Shown here one piece after another: positions 16,703 through 24,105 of a stretch of 24,105 nt of DNA (the first letter of the stretch is position 1; each line of letters starts with the position of its first letter). Source of the stretch: Nitrososphaerota archaeon. GTDB taxonomy: Archaea; Thermoproteota; Nitrososphaeria; Nitrososphaerales; JAPUIC01. The position numbers were made by a program, and so were the translations under genes. The notes beneath the pieces are model-generated. The model had not been told where the DNA came from, made no database searches, and worked only from the letters and a program-made list of their open reading frames with translations. The DNA lies in NCBI GenBank assembly GCA_027297425.1, contig JAPUIC010000103.1:1-24105 (forward strand). Reading direction: 5' to 3'.

Positions 16703-17141
16703 CTTTGCCTTTCACCTTGCTTACCACCGACACATCATATATCTTAGTAGTTGGGTACTGACCATTCTTATCCTTCTCATATTTCTTCACCACATCCCAA
16801 ATATTTAGGAGAGCGGCAGTTACCGCACTCAATGCCTCCATTTCGACGCCGGTCTTCCAATGCGTCCTTACAGAAGCCTTAACCGAGATAGATTCTTTCT
16901 TAACTTGAAATTCTAATTTAACGTTCTCTATAGGAATTGGATGACATAGTGGCATGATCGTTGGGGTCAGTTTGGTGGCAGCTATTCCAGCAATGTTCGC
17001 AATATCGACTGGATTACCCTTTTCAATCTTCCCTTTTTTTATCAAACCAATCGTCTTCTGCTGAAGCATAATTGTGCCTTGAGCCGTTGCCTCTCTTAGG
17101 ACAATAGCTTTCCCAGAGATATTTGCCATATTGATCGCCAT
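16695..17141 (-). CDS. moaC: Cyclic pyranopterin monophosphate synthase MoaC
   Basis: 148 aa ORF: GNPVDIANIAGIAATKLTPTIMPLCHPIPIENV and VRTHWKTGVEMEALSAVTAALLNIWDVVKKYEKD. Its 3' end overlaps moaB by 8 bp. Confidence 0.94.
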   Translation of the reverse strand: MAINMANISGKAIVLREATAQGTIMLQQKTIGLIKKGKIEKGNPVDIANIAGIAATKLTPTIMPLCHPIPIENVKLEFQVKKESISVKASVRTHWKTGVEMEALSAVTAALLNIWDVVKKYEKDKNGQYPTTKIYDVSVVSKVKGKDG

Positions 17142-17238
17142 TTTTGATATTCCTCAGATATAGCAGTATGGAGATGGACATAAAGTTTCGCAGGATATAG
17201 TAAAGCTTATTTTCGCTTAGAAATTTGCCAACTCTGTA

Positions 17239-18666
17239 ATGCACGAGTTTTCGAAGCTCTTCGAACCACGTTCTGTAGCGATAATTGGTGCCTCTGCTAC
17301 CCCCGGGAAGGGAGGATACATTATCTTATCGAGTATTATACAACATAAATTCGCCGGGAAGATCTATCCAGTAAATACAAAGGAAAGTGAGATCCTCGGA
17401 TTAAAGGCCTATCCCAATCTCAAAAAGATCCCAGGAGAGGTCGATCTGGTAATAGTCTGTGTCCCTTCACTATACGTCAAAGATGTGCTCAAAGAATGTA
17501 TCGTAAAAAAGGTTAGTATTGCACTTCTGATTACAGCGGGATTTGCTGACGCCGGCGAAGAAGGCGAAAAAATCCAGAAGGAGATCACTGCCATAGCAAA
17601 GAAAGGTGGTTTACGTCTCATCGGTCCTAACTCTATCGGCATTGCCAATCCCTTCAATGGGCTTGTAGCCTCCCTCGTGCCATTTCCGACATGGAAGAAA
17701 GGCACTATTGCATTCGCAGCCCAGAGTGGGGTCTTGGCCGGCTCGATTACTCAATATGCGATGGAAGAGGAAGATTTTGGTTGTGGAAAAACTATTGGGT
17801 TGGGTAATAGTGCAGATCTAGATAGTGTAGATATGATCGATTACTTCCTGGATGATAAGAAGACTAGTACACTTGGTCTCTATATAGAGACCATACGTGA
17901 TGTTGATAGATTAATCAAGGCAGCTTCCAAGTTTGCAAGAAAGAAGCCGCTTGTAATGGCAAAGTCGGGAAGTACCGGTAGGGGCGCCTTCGCAGCATCT
18001 TGCCATACGGGAAGCAAACGTGTTAATGAGAGGCTGGTCAAAAAGGTGTTTAAGCTCAGCGGAGCTGTCCGTGCGTCTGGATGGACTGAGCTTTTCGACT
18101 TCACCAAGACCTTCGACCGTGAGCCATTACCAAAGGGTCCCAGAGTAGGCATAATGACATTGAGTGGTGCGTCTGGAGTATTGGCTACCGATGCCGTAGT
18201 AAAAAGCAAACTGGTTATGGCGCCTTTAACAGCGAAGACGGAGAAGATAATCAAGGACAAAGTGTATCTCTCCTGGCAGAAATTTAACCATCTAGCACCT
18301 ATCGATATTTGGGCCTCATTACTCGGTAAAGACGCGGAGTTCGTCCAAGAGACTACACTCAAGACCCTTATGAGAGATGAAACTGTAGATAGTGTACTTG
18401 CGGTACTGCTAGCCGTCGGCCCCGCAGTATTCGATCCGAAGAGGGTCTTTTCTGAAGCGAGAGCTATCGATCCAGAAAAGCCACTAGTTGCCGCGGTCCT
18501 TGGAGATGCCGGCCTTACTCGTGACTGGCTACATAGACTGGATGAGGCTAACATTACTGCTTTTGGTACACTTGCAGCTACCGAGCGCGCTGTCCAGGCC
18601 CTTAGCGCACTATACCTTAGGAGACTCTATCTGAATGACGTCTCTAAGGAGATTAGAACTGAATAA
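17239..18666 (+). CDS. ADP-forming acyl-CoA synthetase, alpha-subunit-like (CoA-binding/succinyl-CoA ligase-like), paralog 1
   Basis: 475 aa ORF: SVAIIGASATPGKGGYIIL, IYPVNTKESEILGLKAYPNL, GGLRLIGPNSIGIANP, AFAAQSGVLAGSI, FAASCHTGSKRVNE. Confidence 0.85.
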   Translation: MHEFSKLFEPRSVAIIGASATPGKGGYIILSSIIQHKFAGKIYPVNTKESEILGLKAYPNLKKIPGEVDLVIVCVPSLYVKDVLKECIVKKVSIALLITAGFADAGEEGEKIQKEITAIAKKGGLRLIGPNSIGIANPFNGLVASLVPFPTWKKGTIAFAAQSGVLAGSITQYAMEEEDFGCGKTIGLGNSADLDSVDMIDYFLDDKKTSTLGLYIETIRDVDRLIKAASKFARKKPLVMAKSGSTGRGAFAASCHTGSKRVNERLVKKVFKLSGAVRASGWTELFDFTKTFDREPLPKGPRVGIMTLSGASGVLATDAVVKSKLVMAPLTAKTEKIIKDKVYLSWQKFNHLAPIDIWASLLGKDAEFVQETTLKTLMRDETVDSVLAVLLAVGPAVFDPKRVFSEARAIDPEKPLVAAVLGDAGLTRDWLHRLDEANITAFGTLAATERAVQALSALYLRRLYLNDVSKEIRTE

Positions 18667-18667
18667 T

Positions 18668-19147
18668 CTAGTCCGATTCTGCACCGGGAGATGACAATAT
18701 AGGATTGTCCTGGGCAATCTCTTCACCCTCTGACTCAGTACTCTTGGATCCAGCAGGTGCTAACGGTCCTTTCGTGAGTTCATTCAAGTAGTCAATGCTC
18801 AGAACCCTTGCTTCCACAAGATTAACCAATGAGTTAGTAGAAGCCTCTCCGGTTACCTTTCCCATCAGATTATTCAACTGTCTCCACTTCAATTTAGTGT
18901 TCCCACTCTTTGACACGTAAATCACGCCTAGCACATCTCTGGCATTAATGAAAGTGATATCACGTTCTTGTTTCAAAGTATCTTTGTCGACGGCCTCGAT
19001 ATATATGGAGCCTTTATCCTCACTCTCCTTTTCTGGAAATACTTCTTCGTCGAAAAAATAGCTCTCAGGCATGAAAGACCTACATGTACTGTAGATTAGG
19101 AATCGACGAAAACTCTCAATATGAGCAGATGTTTCTATATTTACCAC
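18668..19147 (-). CDS. Hypothetical protein
   Basis: 159 aa ORF ending 1 bp from the convergent upstream ORF. Acidic low-complexity C-terminus. No family recognised. Confidence 0.65.
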   Translation of the reverse strand: MVNIETSAHIESFRRFLIYSTCRSFMPESYFFDEEVFPEKESEDKGSIYIEAVDKDTLKQERDITFINARDVLGVIYVSKSGNTKLKWRQLNNLMGKVTGEASTNSLVNLVEARVLSIDYLNELTKGPLAPAGSKSTESEGEEIAQDNPILSSPGAESD

Positions 19148-19360
19148 GGTGATCCAACCAGTCCTACTAGCTTGGCACCTATAATGTTTTTGGATGGGTA
19201 CCAGTCAGGGTATCATGGCGAGCGAATGACCGGAAAAAGCCTTTCTGATCAGTGACGAGGATCTTGAGTTGGGACGTTTGCCTTGATCTTTAATCTTGTA
19301 TTAGATAATTATTAGGCTTGATAACTGTTTTATAGTTCGTCCCAAAGGTGACCCTGAATA

Positions 19361-20776
19361 ATGGAACCTTCGACAGTCGATCTAAGAGCGTTAATGGAAC
19401 CATCTTCCGTGGCCGTAGTAGGTGCTTCATCGACTCCAGGTAAGACTGGATACATTATCCTAAAAGGTATGATGGATCATGGTTACAAAGGACGTATCTA
19501 TCCGATTAACCCAAAAGAGTCCGAAATTTTAGGCTTAAGAGCGTTCCAAAACGTCAATGCAATTTCAGACCCTGTCGATCTTGTGGTCATAGCTGTTCCA
19601 TTTAGAGGAGTAAAGGATGTAATCAAAGATTCCGTTGAGAATAGGGCCAAGTTTGGCCTTATTGTTACTGCCGGTTTTAGTGAGATAGGTGACCTCGGCG
19701 CTAATGAGGAGAGAGAGATTACTGAAATAGCCAGAAATGGGGGGATGAGGCTTCTCGGCCCAAATAGCATCGGGATGGTAAACAAGAGTGTCGACCTCGT
19801 TATCAGTATTGTTCCTTTTAAGACATGGAAGAATGGTGGAATATCCGTAGTTGCACAGACCGGTATCTTCGCTGGCGCTTTAGCTGCAAATGTAATTGAT
19901 ACCCAGAACGTAGGGCTAGGGAAAAGTATCGACATCGGTAACAGGTGCGACCTGACGGAACAGCCGTTGCTCGAGTATTTTGCTGAGGATGAACATACCA
20001 ACGTGGTAGGGCTTCATATGGAAGGGATTAGAGAAGGCAGATCATTACTAGAAGCGTCCAAGAAGGTATCATTGAAGAAACCGATAGTGGTTCTAAAAAC
20101 TGGAAGGAGTGAGGTAGGAGCGAAAGCTGCTGCTTCTCATACAGGCTCGTTAGCAGGCGACGATATCGTTGCGGATGCAGCTTTCAGACAGGCTGGACTC
20201 ATCAGAGCTAACACGCTTCAAGAAATGATCGACTGGCTCAAAGTGTTCGACTACCAGCCTACACCTAAAAGTGGTAGAGTTGGAATAGTGACCCTCAGTG
20301 GTGCGCTAGGTGTGATCGCCAGTGATATGGCTTCCAATGTTGGAATGAAGCTAGCTGAAATCGAGGATAGCACCAAAAATGAGATACAGAAAGAGATCAT
20401 GCCCGCATGGCCGGTCAGGAACCCGGCTGACATTTGGGTCTCATTAGGGCTTGAGCCCGAAAGGTCCCACCGCATAGCATTAAAGAAGATGATTGAAGAC
20501 CCCAACGTGGACAGTCTGATAGTTCTTCTTCTTGCACTCCAGCCAGCTAGGTGCGATATGGCCAAGGTCTTCAAAGAGGCAGTTGACGCTGCCCCAAGCA
20601 AACCGATAGTTGCAGGCATGATGGGAGCCAAAGAGATAGAACAAGAGTGGTTTGATGCACTTGAGGGAATAGGGATACCTTCGTATAAGGGCTCAGATTG
20701 TGCAGAGAGAGCGACAAGCGCGATGGGTGCATTGACGACATACGGTAGTATTCTTCAATCTAAGCGGCAGAGCTAG
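19361..20776 (+). CDS. ADP-forming acyl-CoA synthetase, alpha-subunit-like, paralog 2
   Basis: 471 aa ORF: SSVAVVGASSTPGKTGYIILKGM, IYPINPKESEILGLRAF, GGMRLLGPNSIGMVNK, VVAQTGIFAGALA, KAAASHTGSLAGDD. Confidence 0.87.
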   Translation: MEPSTVDLRALMEPSSVAVVGASSTPGKTGYIILKGMMDHGYKGRIYPINPKESEILGLRAFQNVNAISDPVDLVVIAVPFRGVKDVIKDSVENRAKFGLIVTAGFSEIGDLGANEEREITEIARNGGMRLLGPNSIGMVNKSVDLVISIVPFKTWKNGGISVVAQTGIFAGALAANVIDTQNVGLGKSIDIGNRCDLTEQPLLEYFAEDEHTNVVGLHMEGIREGRSLLEASKKVSLKKPIVVLKTGRSEVGAKAAASHTGSLAGDDIVADAAFRQAGLIRANTLQEMIDWLKVFDYQPTPKSGRVGIVTLSGALGVIASDMASNVGMKLAEIEDSTKNEIQKEIMPAWPVRNPADIWVSLGLEPERSHRIALKKMIEDPNVDSLIVLLLALQPARCDMAKVFKEAVDAAPSKPIVAGMMGAKEIEQEWFDALEGIGIPSYKGSDCAERATSAMGALTTYGSILQSKRQS

Positions 20777-20808
20777 ATCTTCCTTCAAAATTTGTCAATT
20801 GAGAGAAC

Positions 20809-21972
20809 ATGAGGATCCGAAGACGTAATGTTATCGCACTGATGATCGCAGCGTCCATAGCAGCGATCCCAGTGTATCTCGGCGCTAGGAACCTTCAATC
20901 TAACCCAGTAACTGCTCAAAGAGAAGTACAGTTAGCCCCTAAAGAGAAGGAGATGACAATAGATACCATAGTAGAAGGAGTTGAGATTCCGTGGTCGATG
21001 GCCTTTGCCCCTGACGGCCGGATCTTCTTTACCGAGCGTAGGGGTAGGTTAAGAGTTGTAGAAGATGGAATGCTTATTGCAACCCCGTTTGCCACGCCGG
21101 ACGTTTCAGCTATCGGAGAAGGCGGGCTCCTAGGAGTAGCATTAGACCCCCAATTTGACGAGAATAGTCTAGTTTTCGCCTATCATACCTATAGCGAGGG
21201 TAGGAAGATCTTCAATAGAATCGTCCGATTCAAGGCTGTAGGGAACAAGGGTGTTGAGCAACGCACGATAATTGACCAGATTCCTGGAGGTAGAAATCAT
21301 AACGGTGGGCGTATAAAATTTGGACCAGATGGGAAACTCTATGTCGGGACTGGTGAGGTAGGCCGGCGTGAATTGGCACAAGATCTTAGCTCTCTCGGAG
21401 GAAAGATCCTGCGGATCAATCCTGATGGCTCGGTTCCAGAGGACAATCCATATCCAAACTCTCCGGTCTTCTCATTTGGTCATAGGAATCCACAGGGGTT
21501 AGATTGGCATCCCGAAAATATGAAGCTTTATTCTGCAGAGCATGGTCCTTCTGGTGAAGATGGTCAATTTGCTCACGATGAGATCAATATCATCGAGCCT
21601 AAAAATAACTATGGCTGGCCTCAACAAGTTGGAAAAGGTGGAGATGATTCTTTTACAGACCCGCTAGTCGATACTGGGAGCGAGACCTGGGCACCGTCGG
21701 GAATTGCTTTTTACAGAGGCGTAAACCCAGAATCCTGGCGAAACAACCTGTTTGTGGCTACTCTCAGAGGGAGTCATATCCACAGGCTGGTACTCGATGA
21801 GACAGGGAATAGTATCATCAGGCAAGAAAAGCTCTTCCAAGGAACTTATGGTAGGATAAGAGCCATGGTAAGCGGACCGGACGGTGCATTATATTTCTCT
21901 ACAAGTAACAGAGATGGTAGGGGACGACCTGCTGAGAATGACGATAGGATACTAAGGTTACGTTTTAGCTAA
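20809..21972 (+). CDS. PQQ-dependent (soluble glucose dehydrogenase-like) sugar dehydrogenase, membrane-anchored or exported
   Basis: 387 aa ORF with N-terminal hydrophobic segment, EIPWSMAFAPDGRIFFTERRGRLRVV, GGRNHNGGRIKFGPDGKLYVGTGE, SFGHRNPQGLDWHP, EHGPSGEDGQ. Confidence 0.9.
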   Translation: MRIRRRNVIALMIAASIAAIPVYLGARNLQSNPVTAQREVQLAPKEKEMTIDTIVEGVEIPWSMAFAPDGRIFFTERRGRLRVVEDGMLIATPFATPDVSAIGEGGLLGVALDPQFDENSLVFAYHTYSEGRKIFNRIVRFKAVGNKGVEQRTIIDQIPGGRNHNGGRIKFGPDGKLYVGTGEVGRRELAQDLSSLGGKILRINPDGSVPEDNPYPNSPVFSFGHRNPQGLDWHPENMKLYSAEHGPSGEDGQFAHDEINIIEPKNNYGWPQQVGKGGDDSFTDPLVDTGSETWAPSGIAFYRGVNPESWRNNLFVATLRGSHIHRLVLDETGNSIIRQEKLFQGTYGRIRAMVSGPDGALYFSTSNRDGRGRPAENDDRILRLRFS

Positions 21973-23087
21973 CCTTTAGTTTGGCCCTTCCTCTTCGCAA
22001 AGTGCTGGATATCGAAACCTCTTTGCGTTAGCCACTGAAGGCTTTCTCCACTAATAACTAGAGGGGCATTTTTTAGACCGCTAAGATCTTTGGAGCCGGT
22101 CAGAAAGACCGCGGTTCTTAGCTCCTCGATGGTTTGTGTCAGCTTTTCTTCAAGAGGTTCAATTCCATTAACAGCCGCTTCTAGTGCGGGCCTCGCAAAA
22201 CCTGCAACATCCGCCCCGAGGGCTAGGCTTTTAGCTACATGTAGTCCATTTCTGACCCCTCCAGAGGCGATGAGCTTAACCTTTGTAGATGCTCCAACCT
22301 CAACAATACAAGCTACGGTTGGAATGCCCCAGTCCCAGAACGTTTCACCCAAACGCATCTGCAGCCTGCTGTTCTTCTCCTTGGCCCTATAATATTCAAC
22401 CCCAGACCAAGTTGTGCCTCCTACTCCAGAAACATCGATTCCACTCACACCAGCTTTCTCTAGAGCGATAGCTACTTCCTTACCGATCCCAGCTCCTGTC
22501 TCTTTGGCGAGTACGGGTATCCCTACACTTTGAGCTATGTCTCTTATCTGAACCAGTACACCGAGAAAGTCTGTTTCACCCTCTACCTGTACCGACTCTT
22601 GTAAGGCATTAAGGTGAATGTATATCGCATCTGCATCTATCATCTCGATAGCAGTTTTGACCTCTTTCATCCCGTAGCCACCTATGAGTTGTGGGCAACC
22701 GATGTTTGCAAAGATCAATGCATTAGGAGCATTCTTCCTCACTATTTTGTACGTATATTGGAGCTCCGGCTTCTCTATTGCTGCACGTTGGCTGCCGACA
22801 CCCATCGCCAGACCATTGTTCTCGGCACCTGTAGCTAGGATACCATTGATCTTCTCGGCTACATCAGTCCCACCAGTCATAGATTCTATGATTATAGGAG
22901 CTCTCATCTTCTTCCCAAAGAGATCGATAGAGAGGTCGATTTCAGCCCTATTGACTTCTGGGAGGGCCAGATGAACCATCTGGATATCGTCAAAACCAGA
23001 TGACCTTACCGTGTTCACCTGTTCCTTTGTGGCAATCTCTATATGATCTGCCTTTCGTTTCTCAATCCCCGAGGTCAAAGGTAACAA
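21969..23087 (-). CDS. fni: Type 2 isopentenyl-diphosphate delta-isomerase
   Basis: 372 aa ORF: RKADHIEIA, PIIIESMTGG, MAMGVGSQRAA-like GLAMGVGSQRAAI, ALQESVQVEGETDF, VLAKETGAGI, GVDIADVGG-like GIDVSGVGGTTWSGVE, LIASGGVRNGLHVAKSLALGAD. Confidence 0.92.
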   Translation of the reverse strand: MLPLTSGIEKRKADHIEIATKEQVNTVRSSGFDDIQMVHLALPEVNRAEIDLSIDLFGKKMRAPIIIESMTGGTDVAEKINGILATGAENNGLAMGVGSQRAAIEKPELQYTYKIVRKNAPNALIFANIGCPQLIGGYGMKEVKTAIEMIDADAIYIHLNALQESVQVEGETDFLGVLVQIRDIAQSVGIPVLAKETGAGIGKEVAIALEKAGVSGIDVSGVGGTTWSGVEYYRAKEKNSRLQMRLGETFWDWGIPTVACIVEVGASTKVKLIASGGVRNGLHVAKSLALGADVAGFARPALEAAVNGIEPLEEKLTQTIEELRTAVFLTGSKDLSGLKNAPLVISGESLQWLTQRGFDIQHFAKRKGQTKG

Positions 23088-23183
23088 GATTACCTCTATT
23101 GGCTAATAAAAAGTCTTCTCGCACAAAATTTTACAAACGGATGGAGAAATATATATAAGACAAAGATTCGTCTAAAAATTGTA

Positions 23184-23543
23184 ATGGCTACTATCAAGCA
23201 GGAAGTACATCAGATTACTTTGACCGAGGCGGCTGCGTTAAAGGTCAAGGGACTAGCAGAGCAGGAAGGAAAGAAGGATTCTTCTCTTCGAGTGTATATC
23301 TCAGGAGGCGGATGTTCCGGATATTCTTATGGGTTAACGTTGGATGAAACTATTTCTTCGAACGATCTCGTGTTTGAAGAGCATGGTGTTAAGGTACTTG
23401 TAGATCCTGAGAGTATGAAGATGCTTAGTGGTTGTGTAGTAGATTATACCGAATCGCTAAATGCGACCGGTTTTACGGTCAACAACCCCAACGCAGAATC
23501 TAGTTGCGGATGCGGACACTCTTTTACTCCCAAAGAAGCATAG
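23184..23543 (+). CDS. HesB/IscA-family iron-sulfur cluster assembly protein
   Basis: 119 aa ORF: LRVYISGGGCSGYSYGLTLDE and SSCGCGHSF, the conserved Cys pattern C...CGC. Confidence 0.93.
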   Translation: MATIKQEVHQITLTEAAALKVKGLAEQEGKKDSSLRVYISGGGCSGYSYGLTLDETISSNDLVFEEHGVKVLVDPESMKMLSGCVVDYTESLNATGFTVNNPNAESSCGCGHSFTPKEA

Positions 23544-23580
23544 CATACGGATTCGACAACTAATCCGGATTTCCTGAACA

Positions 23581-24105
23581 CTAGTTAGCCAGGGCTCTAA
23601 GCTTATTCAAATTTCCAACATCGGGACGGCGGTCATCTACTGGCGTCTCAAGTATCAAGGGGAGAGATCTGATCTCCTTCCTTTTCAGTAGGGCATGAAA
23701 GCCCTCTTCTCCGATCTGGCCCAATCCTAAATGTTCATGCCTATCCTTATGCCCTCCTAGTTCACCCTTGGAGTCATTAACATGGACTACCTTCAAATTA
23801 TCGATCCCTACAGTATAATCAAATTTTTCTAAGGTTTCGGTTATCGTCTCATCTGTTCTTAGATCATAACCTGCCGCAAATGCATGACAGGTATCGAAGC
23901 AGACCCCAACCCTCTTGCTATCTATCATGTCCATTATCTCTCTAATTTGGTCGAAGGAGGATCCGACACTATTCTTGCTCCCAGCAGTATTTTCTAAAAG
24001 GATCATAACATCGTTGTCGGCTCTGTCTAATGCCTGTACGCAAATATTGGCCACGTTCCTCATTCCTCGCTCGACTCCAGATCCGAGATGGCTGCCTAGA
24101 TGTGT
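23581..24105 (-). CDS. nfo: Endonuclease IV (AP endonuclease), truncated by the window edge at its 5' end
   Basis: ILLENTAGSKNSVGSSFDQI, RVGVCFDTCHAFAAGYDLR, VVHVNDSKGELGGHKDRHEHLGLGQIG, LILETP. The frame stays open upstream to 24105 (..HLGSHLGSGVERGMRNV). Confidence 0.92.
   Translation of the reverse strand, partial: THLGSHLGSGVERGMRNVANICVQALDRADNDVMILLENTAGSKNSVGSSFDQIREIMDMIDSKRVGVCFDTCHAFAAGYDLRTDETITETLEKFDYTVGIDNLKVVHVNDSKGELGGHKDRHEHLGLGQIGEEGFHALLKRKEIRSLPLILETPVDDRRPDVGNLNKLRALAN

Noticed and set aside
17880-18554. 224-aa minus-strand ORF
   Set aside because: Antisense to the strongly supported acyl-CoA synthetase alpha paralog. The Ser/Thr/Ala-rich composition is typical of a shadow ORF.
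19498-20001. 167-aa minus-strand ORF (and 20251..20631)
   Set aside because: Shadow ORFs antisense to acyl-CoA synthetase paralog 2, with low-complexity composition.
1-24105. CRISPR arrays, transposases, prophage or defence islands
   Set aside because: No regularly spaced repeats, cas-like, transposase, integrase or toxin-antitoxin motifs were recognised. The gene content is core metabolism and information processing.

Overview
The window looks like an ordinary archaeal chromosome segment, Thaumarchaeota/Nitrososphaera-like by inference from gene content. It carries molybdopterin genes (moeA, moaA, mobA, moaB, moaC), queE plus a Gat-QueC fusion, rtcB, a G3E GTPase, mtnA, a tRNA-splicing-endonuclease-like gene, UbiA, RFC small and large subunits, two ADP-forming acyl-CoA synthetase alpha-type paralogs, a PQQ-type sugar dehydrogenase, type-2 IPP isomerase, IscA/HesB and Nfo. 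The most unusual signal is in mtnA on the minus strand. The reading frame is interrupted immediately after the catalytic-cysteine codon by a 21-nt, frame-preserving insertion carrying an in-frame TGA. Removing exactly 11345..11365 restores the family hallmark LTHC-NAGALATVGYGTALG. The removed segment folds into a bulge-helix-bulge (BHB)-type element whose predicted cleavage positions coincide with the boundaries required by the protein. This is a candidate archaeal splicing-endonuclease-type intron inside a protein-coding gene. The same window contains a tRNA-Gln(TTG) gene at 5686..5788 (minus) that appears to be interrupted by two tiny BHB introns, 18 nt at 24/25 and 12 nt at 37/38. It also contains an endonuclease-like gene divergent from mtnA and an RtcB ligase gene. 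No CRISPR arrays, transposons or prophage were seen.
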